Notes under the pieces: generated by a model
What the model was told of the DNA's origin: nothing
The model's database searches: none
What the model saw: the letters and a program-made list of their open reading frames with translations, nothing else
Translations under genes and position numbers: made by a program
Shown: piece after piece, positions 11,896-22,088 of the stretch
How the letters are laid out: the number at the start of each line of letters is the position of its first letter
Position numbering within the stretch: position 1 is the stretch's first letter
Assembly (NCBI GenBank): GCA_963734535.1
Contig: CAVTHS010000006.1
Coordinates: forward strand, 32,001 to 96,000
DNA: 64,000 nt
Source: an uncultured Chloroflexia bacterium
GTDB taxonomy: Bacteria; Chloroflexota; Limnocylindria; Limnocylindrales; CSP1-4
Reading direction: 5' to 3'

Positions 11896-12843
11896 ATGAG
11901 CCCACGAGCGAAGCGCACAGCACCTGCCGCCCCCCGGACCGCGATCGGCATCGACGTCGGCGGGACCGGCGTCAAGGCCGCCGTGGTGGACCTCGAAACC
12001 GGCGCCCTGGCGTCGCCCCGGCTCCGGGTGAAGACGCCGCAGCCGGCGACGCCGGAGTCGGTCGTCGAGGTGATCGGCGGGATCGTCGACCAGCTGGTCG
12101 CGGACGGGCACGTCACGCCCGGCATGCCGGGCGGCGCCGGGCTGCCGGGCGTCGTGAAGGCGGGCCGGCTGCTCACCGCCGCGAACATCGACAAGTCCTG
12201 GATCGACGCGCCCGCCGAGGCCATGCTCGCGGCCCGGCTGGGGCGGCCCGTCCGCCTCGTCAACGACGCCGACGCGGCGGGCCTCGCCGAGGCGACCTTC
12301 GGCGCTGCCAAGGGCGTGCCGGGAACGGTGCTCCTGCTCACGATCGGGACGGGGATCGGCAGCGCCCTCTTCATCGACGGCCACCTCCTCGACAGCACCG
12401 AGTTCGGGCACGTGACGTACCGCGGAAGGGACGCCGAGACCCTGGTCTCCGGGGCTGCCCGCGAGCGCCGCGGGATCGGCTGGAAGAAGTGGGCCCGCGA
12501 GTTCAGCGAATACATGGCCCTGCTCGAGCGCTGGTTCTGGCCCGACCTCATCATCCTCGGTGGCGGGGTCAGCAAGGAGTACGCGAAGTACTCGCGCTTC
12601 CTGACGTCGCGCGCGCCCATCGTCACGGCGCAATACCTGAACACCTCGGGGATCGTCGGCGCGGGCCTGGCCGCGGCCGGCGTCGGGATCGCCGCCGCGG
12701 TGCTCGCGCGCGAGGATGCAACCAACCCTGCGACGGCCGCCCTGCCCCGGGCGGACGGCGACGGGGCCTCCGCTGCCCGCGCCGCTGCGCAGGCCGCCGA
12801 GGTCGCGGCATCGCTCGTCATCGAGGACCAGCCGACGCACTGA
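11896..12843 (+). CDS. ppgK: ROK family sugar kinase, polyphosphate glucokinase-like
   Basis: GIDVGGTGVKAAVVD, AANIDKSW, NDADAAGLAE, TIGTGIGSA, EFGH, IILGGGVSK. Confidence 0.85.
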   Translation: MSPRAKRTAPAAPRTAIGIDVGGTGVKAAVVDLETGALASPRLRVKTPQPATPESVVEVIGGIVDQLVADGHVTPGMPGGAGLPGVVKAGRLLTAANIDKSWIDAPAEAMLAARLGRPVRLVNDADAAGLAEATFGAAKGVPGTVLLLTIGTGIGSALFIDGHLLDSTEFGHVTYRGRDAETLVSGAARERRGIGWKKWAREFSEYMALLERWFWPDLIILGGGVSKEYAKYSRFLTSRAPIVTAQYLNTSGIVGAGLAAAGVGIAAAVLAREDATNPATAALPRADGDGASAARAAAQAAEVAASLVIEDQPTH

Positions 12844-12967
12844 CGGGCCCGGGGCTCGACGATCCGATCGGGCCGGACGTCGTTTGGTCGATCCCGGTTC
12901 GCGGCCCGGGACAGCCGGAGCGGCTGCGGGACGCCCCACGACGCGCCTCCCGTAGACTTGCGGGCGC

Positions 12968-14098
12968 ATGGCCACCGAACGCGACTACTACACGATCCTC
13001 GGCGTACCCAGAACCGCGAGCGACGCGGAGGTCAAGCGCGCCTTTCGCAAGCTGGCCCAGCAGTGGCACCCGGACGTCAACCGCGACTCCGGCGCGGACG
13101 AGCGGTTCAAGGAGATCAACGAGGCATACCAGGTCCTGTCCGACCCGCAGCGCCGCCAGGCCTACGACATGTTCGGTGCAGCCGGCGTCAACGGGTCCGG
13201 CGGCTTCGACGGGTCGCAGCAGGGCTTCGGCGGGTTCTCTGACCTCTTCGACGCGTTCTTCGGCGGCACGGCCGCCGGGGGCGGGGCCGCGAGGCGCGGC
13301 CGGGCGGTCGTCGGCTCCGACCTCCGGTACGACCTGCGGGTGACCTTCGAGGAATCGATCCGTGGCACGGAGAAGGAGATCGACTTTCCCGTGCTCGACC
13401 GCTGCGCCACCTGTTCGGGATCAGGCGCAAAGCCCGGCTCGACGGCGATCAGCTGCCCGCAGTGCCAGGGCCGCGGCGAGATCCGGCACGTGCGACAGAC
13501 GATGCTGGGCCAGATGGTCAACGTCGTGGCTTGCCCCCGCTGCCGCGGCGAAGGCAAGGTCGTCGAGACGCCCTGCGAGGCGTGCGGAGGCGACGGCCGG
13601 CGTGAACGCACGAAGCGGCTCCGCGTCAGCGTGCCCGCCGGAATCGACGACGGCCACCAGATCCGCCTCTCCGCCGAGGGCGAGGTAGGGCCGCGCGGCG
13701 GCCCGCCCGGCAGCCTCTACGTGGCGATCCACGTGACGCCGCACCCGTCGCTCAAGCGCGAGGGAACCGAGCTCTTCCACGACCTCTCGCTGTCGGTCGC
13801 CCAGGCAGCCCTGGGGACGACCGTCCGCGTGCCCACCGCGGACGGCGAGGAGGACGTCGAGATCAAGCCCGGGACGCAGCCCGGCACGGAGATCCGGCTG
13901 CGCGGTCGCGGCGCCCCCCACCTTCGTCGCGCCGGCGCGCGCGGCGACCTGCACGTCCTGGTGGACGTCCGGATCCCGACCAGGCTCAGCCGGGAGCAGC
14001 GCGAGGCGCTCGAGGCGTTCGCCGCGGCCTCCGGCGAGACCGGCCTCGGCACCGGAAAGGTCGGGGTCCTCGACCGTCTCAAGGACGCGCTCGGGTGA
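12968..14098 (+). CDS. dnaJ: Molecular chaperone DnaJ
   Basis: J domain with HPD, G/F-rich region, four CxxCxGxG zinc-finger repeats. Confidence 0.98.
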   Translation: MATERDYYTILGVPRTASDAEVKRAFRKLAQQWHPDVNRDSGADERFKEINEAYQVLSDPQRRQAYDMFGAAGVNGSGGFDGSQQGFGGFSDLFDAFFGGTAAGGGAARRGRAVVGSDLRYDLRVTFEESIRGTEKEIDFPVLDRCATCSGSGAKPGSTAISCPQCQGRGEIRHVRQTMLGQMVNVVACPRCRGEGKVVETPCEACGGDGRRERTKRLRVSVPAGIDDGHQIRLSAEGEVGPRGGPPGSLYVAIHVTPHPSLKREGTELFHDLSLSVAQAALGTTVRVPTADGEEDVEIKPGTQPGTEIRLRGRGAPHLRRAGARGDLHVLVDVRIPTRLSREQREALEAFAAASGETGLGTGKVGVLDRLKDALG

Positions 14099-14121
14099 TC
14101 CGGGTCGGGGTCGCCGACCCC

Positions 14122-15107
14122 GTGTCTGACGGGCTCGTCGGCGACGACGCGTGGCTCGAGCTGGCCGTCACCTGCGACCCGGAGGCGGTCGAGGCGGTCA
14201 GCGAGATCCTGTCGCGCGTGGCCCCCGGCCGGCGTCAGCGTCGAGCCCGGCTTCCGACTGACCGACGAGGGCCTCGGCGCCGTCACCGACCCGTCCCGGC
14301 CGGCCACCGTGCGCGCCTTCCTCCCGGCGCGCGACGCGCGGGCCGTGCGCGAGGCCGTCGCGAGCACCGACCGGGCGCTCGGCCACCTCCAGGCCTTCGG
14401 CCTCCGCGAGATCGGCGAGCTCGCGACCTCGGTCGTCCACGAATCCGAGTGGGCGACGGCCTGGCGGCGGCACGTCCACGTGATGCGCATCGGGAGGCGG
14501 ATCGTGATCCGCCCGACGTGGCGGCGGCATCGGCGCCTGCCCGACGACGTGGTGGTCGCGATGGATCCCGGCATGGCGTTCGGGACCGGCCTCCACCCGA
14601 CCACGCGCCTCTGCCTTGCCGGCATCGAGCGCTGGGCGGACGAGGGTCTCCTCGGGGCGGGCGCCGCGCCGGACGGCCGGGCGCGGCTGCTCGACGTCGG
14701 CTGCGGCTCCGGGATCCTTGCGATCGCGGCCGGCCTGCTCGGGGCAGGGGAGCTCGTCGGCGTGGACACGGACCCGATCGCGGTCGATGCGACGCTCGCG
14801 AACGCGCGGCGCAACCGGCTCGCCCGCCGCGTCCGGGCGTGGGTCGGCAGCGTCCCGACCGGCGCGGGTCCATTCGACCTCGTTGCCGCGAACCTCGTCG
14901 CGTCCGTGCTGGTCGCGATCGGCGCCGGAGTTGCATCACGAGCTGCGGCCGGGCGGGCGGCTGCTCGCGTCGGGCATCTTCGTCGACCGCGAGGACGACG
15001 TGCGGTCCGCGCTCGATGCGGCCGGCCTCGCGATCGTGCGCCGCGACGCGGAGGGTGACTGGGTTGCCCTCGACGTGGAGCGTCGCCCCAGTGGAGGCCG
15101 TTCGTGA
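14122..15107 (+). CDS. prmA: Ribosomal protein L11 methyltransferase; apparent frameshifts near 14228 and 14922
   Basis: Fragments WLELAV..., DPGMAFGTGLHPTT, LDVGCGSGIL, ANLVA, LRPGGRLLASGI lie in three frames; follows dnaJ. Confidence 0.9.
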
Positions 15108-15451
15108 GCACCGACTGCCTGTTCTGCCGGATCGTCGCGGGCGAGATCCCGGCCGCGAGGGTGCACGAGGACGACCTCGTGATCGCCATCCGCGACCTCC
15201 ACCCGGTCGCGCCCGTGCACGTGCTCCTCATGCCACGGGCGCATATCGGCTCGGCGCTCGACCTCGACGAGTCCGATGCGCCCCTCGCGGGGCGGCTGCT
15301 GGCGTGCGCGGCCGCGCTGGCGCGCTCGGAGGGGATCGCGGATGGCGGCTACCGGCTCGTGGTGAACGCGGGCGTCGACGGCGGGCAGACCGTCGGCCAC
15401 CTTCATGTCCACCTGCTGGGCGGTCGCGAGATGCGCTGGCCTCCGGGATGA
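15104..15451 (+). CDS. Histidine triad (HIT) nucleotide-binding protein
   Basis: DCLFCRIVAGEIPA; GQTVGHLHVHLLGGR. Confidence 0.95.
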   Translation: MSTDCLFCRIVAGEIPAARVHEDDLVIAIRDLHPVAPVHVLLMPRAHIGSALDLDESDAPLAGRLLACAAALARSEGIADGGYRLVVNAGVDGGQTVGHLHVHLLGGREMRWPPG

Positions 15452-16036
15452 CGGGCCGTCGCCGGCCGGGTGGCTTCCGCCGGCCGGGTGGTGTGCCCGG
15501 CCCGGGCTGGGCGCTTGGCGCAACGTTCGTCGTGGCGGGCACCCTCCTTGCCGCGTGCGTCGGCGGGGCGCCGGCCCCGCGCACGCCCGGGCCGCTCCCG
15601 ACGGCGCAGCCGAGCACGTCCGCCGCCGTCGAGGCGACGCTCGCGCAGGTCGACGTGGCGCTCCGCGCTCGCGGGCTGGTCGTGGAATCGACGCTCACGG
15701 CGGTCCGTCCGGCCGAGCCGCCGTCGTTCGCCGGGGTGGCGCGATGGCCGTTCCACGCCGTGCTCCCCGACGACCCGGCCGGTGGCTACCTCGTGATCTA
15801 CGAGTTCCCGGGGCCCGCCCTCGCGGCCGACGGAGGGCACGACCTCGCCGCCTACGTCTCCAGCGGCCCCGGGCGGGTCCAGTACGCGCCGGACATCCGG
15901 TTCGTGCTGCGCCAGGTGGGCTCGACGCTGGTCTTCTACTCCGTGGTCGCCGGCCTCCTCGCCCGACCCGCGGACGCCGGACCTGGCCGCGGCGCTCGCG
16001 TCGGTGGGGTCGGAGGTCCCGATCCCGCTCGGCTGA
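15448..16036 (+). CDS. Hypothetical lipoprotein; apparent frameshift near 15943
   Basis: ATGA overlap with HIT; lipobox LLAAC; after the shift reads WSPASSPDPRTPDLAAALASVGSEVPIPLG*. Confidence 0.6.
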
Positions 16037-16067
16037 GGCGCAGGCGCGTCGCGGACCGATCCCCGGC

Positions 16068-17759
16068 CTACGCGCCCTCGATGACGGGAAGCGGCGCGGA
16101 GACGGCCGCCCAGGCTCGCACCTGGTCACGCTTCACCTTGAGGGTCAGCGTGCGCGGGAAGTCGTCCTCCGGCCAGAATCGCCACGCCGCCACCCGGGCC
16201 TGGACCGCGAGCGTCGCGTTGGCGGCCTTCACCGCGGCGTCGACCTCGGCCCGGACCCGCGCGATCTCGTCCGGGTCGTCGAATGCCGCGGCCGGCTGCG
16301 CAGCGGCGCCGGCCCCGGGGACCGCGGGTGCTGCGGACGGGGCGAGGACGATCGCCTCGATCCGGCCGGGTTCCGTCTCCAGGACGATCGAGTCCCGGAT
16401 GCCCGCGACACGGAGCGCGTTCTCGATGTCCTCGGGGAAGACGTTCTGGCCGTTGGGCAGCACGATGATGTCCCGCTTCCGACCGTGCAGGACGAGCCGG
16501 CCGCGTCCGTCGAGCCGGCCCAGGTCGCCCGACCGGTAGAAGCCGTCCGTCGTGAAGGCAGCCGCGGTTGCCACCTCGTCTTCCCAGTATCCCCGGGTCA
16601 CGCTGGGCCCCCGGAACAGGATCTCGCCGTCCTCCTCGATCCGGATCTCCATCCCGGGAACCGGTCGACCCACGCTGCCAACCGGATGGTCCCGCCAGGT
16701 CGTGCACGCCCCCGACCCAGTCTCCGTGGCGCCGTAGCCCTGCATCACGACGACCCCGATGTCCTCCCAGCCCTGCTGGACGGCCGGCGGGAGGAAGGCA
16801 CCGGCCGACACGAGGAGCCGGAGGCCGCCGCCGAGCTGCGCGTGGATCCGCCGGAAGATCCAGCGCCGCGCTGCCATCGGGAGCCGCCGGGCGACCGCCC
16901 GGGCACGCCCGAAGGTTGCGGCCTGACCCTGTCGCTGGATCTCGCGCTCGAGGCCCGCCCAGAACACCTCCAGGAGCTGCGGCACGAGGATCATCGCCGT
17001 GGTCCGATGCGCGCGGATCGATTCGAACACGACCCGCGGATTGCGCGTCCGGACGTACAGGACGTCGGCGCCAAGGTCGAGGAGGAGGTACAGCCCGATG
17101 GCCTGCTCGAAGAGATGGGCAAGCGGGAGGACGGAGACGACCCGGTACGCGATCTCCGGGACGAGCCGGTGGAAGCCGTCGATGCCCGCGATCGTGTTCT
17201 CGTGGGCCAGCACGACCCCCTTCGGCGTGCCCGTCGTGCCGGACGTGAAGACGAGCAGGTACGGGTCCTCCGGGGCTGGTCGCGCCCACGAGCCGAGGGT
17301 CTTCTCCCAGTCCGCCGGGAAGCCCGCGCCGGGCTCTGCGCACAGGTCGTCGATCGTCATGGTCGGGACATGGTCGAGGTCGGACTCGGCGGGATCCGGA
17401 GCGTCGCGCCCGGTGCCGATGGCCAGCTGCGTCGCCCCGGACCGGTCGGCGATTCGCCGGACCGTTGCCGGGGCCATCCGCAGGTCGAGCGGGACGAGGA
17501 TGAGGCCGGCCCGCATCGCCCCGAAGTAGACCGCCGCCAGCTCCGGGCACGACGCGGACCACGTCAGCAGCCGATCGCCCGGCTGCAGCCCGCGGGAGCG
17601 GAGCCGCCACGCGGCGAGCCGGCTCCGGCGGTCGAGCTCCCGGTAGCTCCACGCCCCGATCGCGCCGTCGTCGCGCCGGATGCGGAGCGCAGTGCGGTCG
17701 CCGTATCGGGCCGTCGCCCCCTCGAGGAGGTCGACCAGGGTTCGCCGGGTCGTGGTCAC
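16068..17759 (-). CDS. Long-chain acyl-CoA synthetase (AMP-binding)
   Basis: FTSGTTGTPKG, QGYGATET, SGDLG, RTLTLKVKR. Confidence 0.92.
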   Translation of the reverse strand: MTTTRRTLVDLLEGATARYGDRTALRIRRDDGAIGAWSYRELDRRSRLAAWRLRSRGLQPGDRLLTWSASCPELAAVYFGAMRAGLILVPLDLRMAPATVRRIADRSGATQLAIGTGRDAPDPAESDLDHVPTMTIDDLCAEPGAGFPADWEKTLGSWARPAPEDPYLLVFTSGTTGTPKGVVLAHENTIAGIDGFHRLVPEIAYRVVSVLPLAHLFEQAIGLYLLLDLGADVLYVRTRNPRVVFESIRAHRTTAMILVPQLLEVFWAGLEREIQRQGQAATFGRARAVARRLPMAARRWIFRRIHAQLGGGLRLLVSAGAFLPPAVQQGWEDIGVVVMQGYGATETGSGACTTWRDHPVGSVGRPVPGMEIRIEEDGEILFRGPSVTRGYWEDEVATAAAFTTDGFYRSGDLGRLDGRGRLVLHGRKRDIIVLPNGQNVFPEDIENALRVAGIRDSIVLETEPGRIEAIVLAPSAAPAVPGAGAAAQPAAAFDDPDEIARVRAEVDAAVKAANATLAVQARVAAWRFWPEDDFPRTLTLKVKRDQVRAWAAVSAPLPVIEGA

Positions 17760-17838
17760 CCGTGCATCGTGGACGACCGTGGCCGGCTCTGCAACGGGAT
17801 CGGGTCCGCGGCGTACCGTGGGGCGCGGAGGTTGCCCC

Positions 17839-18201
17839 ATGCACGAACACGTCGAATCGGTCTTCTTCATCGCCGACCTGGTCGCGGACGCGCCACATGT
17901 CGCTCGCGGCATCCACAGTCAGACGCTGTACGAGGGACCGGACCTCCGGCTGGTGCTCTTTGCGTTCGCGCCCGGTGAGGAGCTCTCCGAGCACACGGCG
18001 GCGCGACCCGCCGTCGTCCATGTCCTCGATGGCGAAGGCGGAGCGGTCGTGGACGGTGAGGCCCGCGCACTCGGCCCCGGCACGTGGTTCCGGATGCCGG
18101 CCGGGACGGCACACTCCATCCACGCGCGGACCCCGCTCCGGATGGCCCTCTACCTGCTCCCCGGTGCCGCCATCCCGGCCGATGGCGGGAACGCCGGGTA
18201 G
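17839..18201 (+). CDS. Cupin domain protein
   Basis: [15 protein letters not shown]...VHVLDGEG...[11 protein letters not shown]; GGAGG RBS. Confidence 0.85.
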   Translation: MHEHVESVFFIADLVADAPHVARGIHSQTLYEGPDLRLVLFAFAPGEELSEHTAARPAVVHVLDGEGGAVVDGEARALGPGTWFRMPAGTAHSIHARTPLRMALYLLPGAAIPADGGNAG

Positions 18202-18365
18202 CCGCGCCGTCTCCCACGTGCGTTTGCCAGCGGCACCTCGCCCGGGCTACACTCGGCCCGCCCGGTCGCCGCGTATGCACGCGTGCGCCGAGCACGCGTG
18301 CGCCGACACTCGCCCGGCGGCGCCGCGGGCCAGACGATCCCAGGGCGGAGGAGGTGATCCCGGCA

Positions 18366-18548
18366 TTGGCAGAGATCCGAGTTGGTGAGAACGAGACCTT
18401 CGAGAGCGCGCTTCGCCGCTTCAACAAGAAGATCCAGCAGTCCGGCATTCTCGCCGAAGCCCGCCGTCGCGAGCACTACGAGAAGCCCAGCGTGAAGCGG
18501 AAGCGGAAGGAAGCAAAGCGCAAGAAGGCCGCCCGCCAGCAGGGTTAG
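18366..18548 (+). CDS. rpsU: 30S ribosomal protein S21
   Basis: [15 protein letters not shown]...[16 protein letters not shown]; TTG start with GGAGGTGA RBS. Confidence 0.97.
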   Translation: MAEIRVGENETFESALRRFNKKIQQSGILAEARRREHYEKPSVKRKRKEAKRKKAARQQG

Positions 18549-18742
18549 CCGCCGGGACCGGCGGCGCGGGAGCCAAACGGCCGAATCCGGCCGATCACCC
18601 GACCCGCATCCACCGCCGGTTCCACCCGCTTCCCCGGCCCGCATCCCGGGCCCCCGAGGCCCCCAGCGCACATCGACGTCGAGCCACGACCCCGCCTGCG
18701 AGGCGGGCCGCCCGGCGCCGGACGCGACAGGAGCCACCGCCG

Positions 18743-19264
18743 GTGTCCCTTCGAGATCGCCTTCACGACGACATCACGACCGCCATGCGGTCGGGTGACG
18801 CGCTGCGCCGCGACACGCTCCGGATGGTATGGAGCAACGTCTACGCGCAGGAGAAGCGCGATCTCGCCAACCTGTCCGACGATGCCACGCTCGGCGTCCT
18901 GACCCGCGAGGTGAAGACGCGCCGCGAGTCGGTCGAGGCCTATCGCGCGGGGGGCCGCGAGGACCTCGCCGCGAAGGAAGAGGCCGAGATCGCGATCATC
19001 GCCGCATACCTCCCGCCACCTCTCACCGAGGACGAGCTGCAGACGCTCATCGCCGACGCCATCGCCACGACCGGCGCCGCGTCGGCCCGGGACCTCGGCC
19101 GGGTGATGAGCCGGCTGGCCGCCCCGACCCGCGGCCGCGCGGACGGAAGGCACGTCAGCGGGCTGGTCGTGCAGGCGCTCGCGGCCGCGGATCTCGCGGC
19201 CCACGATGCGGCTCCCCACGCTGGCGGTGGCACCGGGTCGACCGGCGGCACGCCCGCGGGCTGA
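18743..19264 (+). CDS. yqeY: GatB/YqeY domain protein
   Basis: SLRDRLHDDITTAMRSGD, RRESVEAY, GREDLAAKE, YLPPPL, DLGRVM, GRADG; follows rpsU. Confidence 0.92.
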   Translation: MSLRDRLHDDITTAMRSGDALRRDTLRMVWSNVYAQEKRDLANLSDDATLGVLTREVKTRRESVEAYRAGGREDLAAKEEAEIAIIAAYLPPPLTEDELQTLIADAIATTGAASARDLGRVMSRLAAPTRGRADGRHVSGLVVQALAAADLAAHDAAPHAGGGTGSTGGTPAG

Positions 19265-19267
19265 CCG

Positions 19268-21424
19268 ATGCTCTCCCGCAGCTTCGACCGCGTCACCCGC
19301 TTCACCCGGCAGGATGCGGGACGGCTTGCCGTCGCCACGATCCTGCTGGTCGGCGGCCTGACCGCGATCCTTTCGATCGGCGACCTTCCGCAGGCCTACA
19401 ACCTCCAGGAGGGCAGCGTCGCGCCCCAGCAGATCCGGTCGCCACGGGCGATCCGGTTCGTGTCGGCGGTGCAGACGGCCACGGCACGCCAGGCCGCCAG
19501 CGACGGCGTGGAGCCGCAGTACGACTTCAGCGCCGACACGGCCTCGGCGCTCGCGCGGCGCCAGCTGGAGGCCCTCGCCAAGACCATGGCACCCGTGGAC
19601 GCTGCGTTCATCGGGCCGCTGACCGCAATCGGACGGAGCGTCGCGCTCGCCGGGACGCTTCCCGGAATCTCCGCGACCGCGCGAAAGACGCTCGACGCGA
19701 TGGCCGTCGAGCGATGGTCGATGGTCGCTGCCGAGGCGACCCGTGTGCTCGGGATGCTCCAGCGCTCGGAGCTGCGCGATTCGGAGATGGAGGGCACGCG
19801 GCGCAACCTCGGTGGGCTGTTCTCGCCACAGCTGACCGACGACGAGCGCGGGCTCGCGACGGAGATCGTCGACCCGCTGCTCGTGCCGAACTCGACGTAC
19901 AGCGCCGAGCTCACGGCCCAGAAGCGCCAGGCGGCCGCAGATGCCGTGACGCCGGTGGAGGTCGCGGTCGCCAAGGGCGAGGTCGTCGTGGATTCCGGGC
20001 GGAGGGTCGACGCAGCCGATATCGAGAAGCTGGCCGCGCTCGGCCTCACCGAGGCACGCCTGGACATCGCGCGCATCGCCGGCTGGTTCCTGCTGGCGGG
20101 GCTCATCGTCATCCTCTACCTCGCCTGGCTGTGGCGCTACCGCCAGGAGCTCTGGCACCGGGCACGGACGCTGGCCCTGCTCGGCCTCGTCCTGCTGGTG
20201 ACCGCGCTGGCCTACAAGCTCACGGCCGGGCGCTCCGTCGTGCCGTTCTTCGTCCCCGGCGCCGGGGCGGGCATGCTCGTCGCCATCCTCCTCGGAGCCG
20301 GGCCGGCGACCGTCCTTTCGTTCTTCCTCGCGGTGATCGCCGGTACCTCGAACGATCTCTCGCTCGAGCTCGCGACCTATGTCTTCGTCGGCTCGCTGAC
20401 CGGGATCCTCGCGGTGCGTCGAGGTGACCGGGTCGCCGTCTTCCTGCAGGCCGGCATCGCGATCGCGATCGCGAACGTCGCCGTCGTCTCCATCTTCTCG
20501 CTCCTCGGGACGCGCGACATCACGGGCGTCATCCAGCTTTTCGGGGCGTCCGCGGCCGCCGCCGCCGGGGCCGCCGTGGCGACGGTCGGCACGTTCCAGG
20601 TCGTCGGCAACGTGTTCGGGATCCTGACGGTCTTCCAGCTGCTGGAGCTGGCCAACCCGTCCCAGGCGCTGCTCCGCCGGCTCCTCCTCGAGACGCCGGG
20701 CACGTATCACCACGCCCTGATGGTGGGAAACCTTGCAGAGCGCGCAGCGGAGGCGATCGCCGCGGATTCGCTGCTGGCCCGGGTGGCCTCGTACTACCAC
20801 GACGTCGGCAAGCTCGAGAACCCCGCCGGTTTCATCGAGAACCAGGCGGGCGGCGAGAACGTCCACGACCACCTGTCGCCGGAAGCCAGCGCCCAGCTCC
20901 TCAAGGCGCACGTGTCGGGAGGAATCGACCTGGCCTATCGGTCCAAGCTCCCGAAGCCGCTCATCGCCTTCATCCCGCAGCACCACGGGACCGCCCGGAT
21001 GAGCTACTTCTGGGCCAAGGCGCGCGAGGAGGCGGCGGCGCCGCATGGCGGTCTCGGGACGAGCGCCGGGCTCGCGGCAGCCGATGCGCTCGACGAGCGT
21101 CGCTTCCGCCACAACGGCCCCAAGCCCCAGTCGAAGGAGGCGGCGATCCTGATGCTCGCGGACGGGGTCGAGGCCTCGGTCCGCTCGCTCGCGAGCCACG
21201 ACGAGCCCACGATCCGGGGGATGGTCAGCCGGATCATCACCGAGCGGTTGGAGGACGGCCAGTTCGACGAGTGCGAGCTGACGCTGCGCGACATCGAGCG
21301 GGTCCGCGAGGCGTTCGTGGCCCAGCTGCTGGGGATGTACCACCAGCGAATCGCATATCCCCAGAACAAGATCGTGGAGCTGGAGGCGCGCCGCGAGGCG
21401 TCCGCCGGCGGACGCGGCACGTGA
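19268..21424 (+). CDS. 7TM-HD phosphohydrolase, cyclic-di-AMP phosphodiesterase PgpH-like
   Basis: Extracellular domain, about 7 TM helices, then PGTYHH...YYHDVGK...QHHGT...GPKPQSKEAAILMLAD. Confidence 0.9.
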   Translation: MLSRSFDRVTRFTRQDAGRLAVATILLVGGLTAILSIGDLPQAYNLQEGSVAPQQIRSPRAIRFVSAVQTATARQAASDGVEPQYDFSADTASALARRQLEALAKTMAPVDAAFIGPLTAIGRSVALAGTLPGISATARKTLDAMAVERWSMVAAEATRVLGMLQRSELRDSEMEGTRRNLGGLFSPQLTDDERGLATEIVDPLLVPNSTYSAELTAQKRQAAADAVTPVEVAVAKGEVVVDSGRRVDAADIEKLAALGLTEARLDIARIAGWFLLAGLIVILYLAWLWRYRQELWHRARTLALLGLVLLVTALAYKLTAGRSVVPFFVPGAGAGMLVAILLGAGPATVLSFFLAVIAGTSNDLSLELATYVFVGSLTGILAVRRGDRVAVFLQAGIAIAIANVAVVSIFSLLGTRDITGVIQLFGASAAAAAGAAVATVGTFQVVGNVFGILTVFQLLELANPSQALLRRLLLETPGTYHHALMVGNLAERAAEAIAADSLLARVASYYHDVGKLENPAGFIENQAGGENVHDHLSPEASAQLLKAHVSGGIDLAYRSKLPKPLIAFIPQHHGTARMSYFWAKAREEAAAPHGGLGTSAGLAAADALDERRFRHNGPKPQSKEAAILMLADGVEASVRSLASHDEPTIRGMVSRIITERLEDGQFDECELTLRDIERVREAFVAQLLGMYHQRIAYPQNKIVELEARREASAGGRGT

Positions 21425-22003
21425 CCGCGGCCGGGCCGATCGCCGCTCCGCGCCCGTTCTACCTCCCGCCGTTCCGCATCGACCTCGAGATCCGCGCCGG
21501 CGTGCCACGCGTGCTCCCGGCGGCGGCGATCGCGCGGGACCTTCGCGCCGCGCTGGTGGCAGGCGGGGCACCCGAGCCGGCGTCAGTCGGCCTGGTCCTC
21601 GCCGACGACCCGGAGCTGGCCCGGCTCAACCGGACCTTCCTGGGCAGGGCGGGCGCGACCGACGTTCTCTCGTTCCCGCTCCTGCCGCCCGATGCCTACC
21701 CGCCGCATCCGGGCGCACGCGCGTCGGGCCGCACGGTCCGTCTCGGCCACCGCCCGGGCGTTCCTGCTGCCGCCCGGGACGCGGCTGCACCTGGGCGACG
21801 TCGTGGTCTCCGTTGAGCGCGCGGTCCGCCAGGCAGTCGAGGGCCGCGGCGGCCAGGCCGGTGACGTCCGGTGGGCACCGGCCGACGAGCTGCGCCTGCT
21901 CGTCGTCCACGGCGGGCTCCACCTGTGCGGCTGGGACCACGCGGAGCCTGCCGAGGAAGCCGCCATGCGCGCGCTCGAGCGGACCGTCCTCGCCGCCGGA
22001 TAG
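21421..22003 (+). CDS. ybeY: rRNA maturation RNase YbeY; apparent frameshift between about 21700 and 21760
   Basis: LNRTFLG...TDVLSFP in one frame; LGDVVVS...HGGLHLCGWDH in the next. Confidence 0.9.
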
Positions 22004-22088
22004 CCGCGCCGAGGCGGGGCGCGGTACCATCCCGCCAAGGCCCGGTCCGCGCGGATCCGGGCCGTTCGGCGTGTGCAGCGGAGGAAGC

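Noticed and set aside
14095-16539. 814-aa ORF spanning prmA, HIT and the lipoprotein
   Set aside because: Chimera of frameshifted fragments in stop-poor GC-rich DNA.
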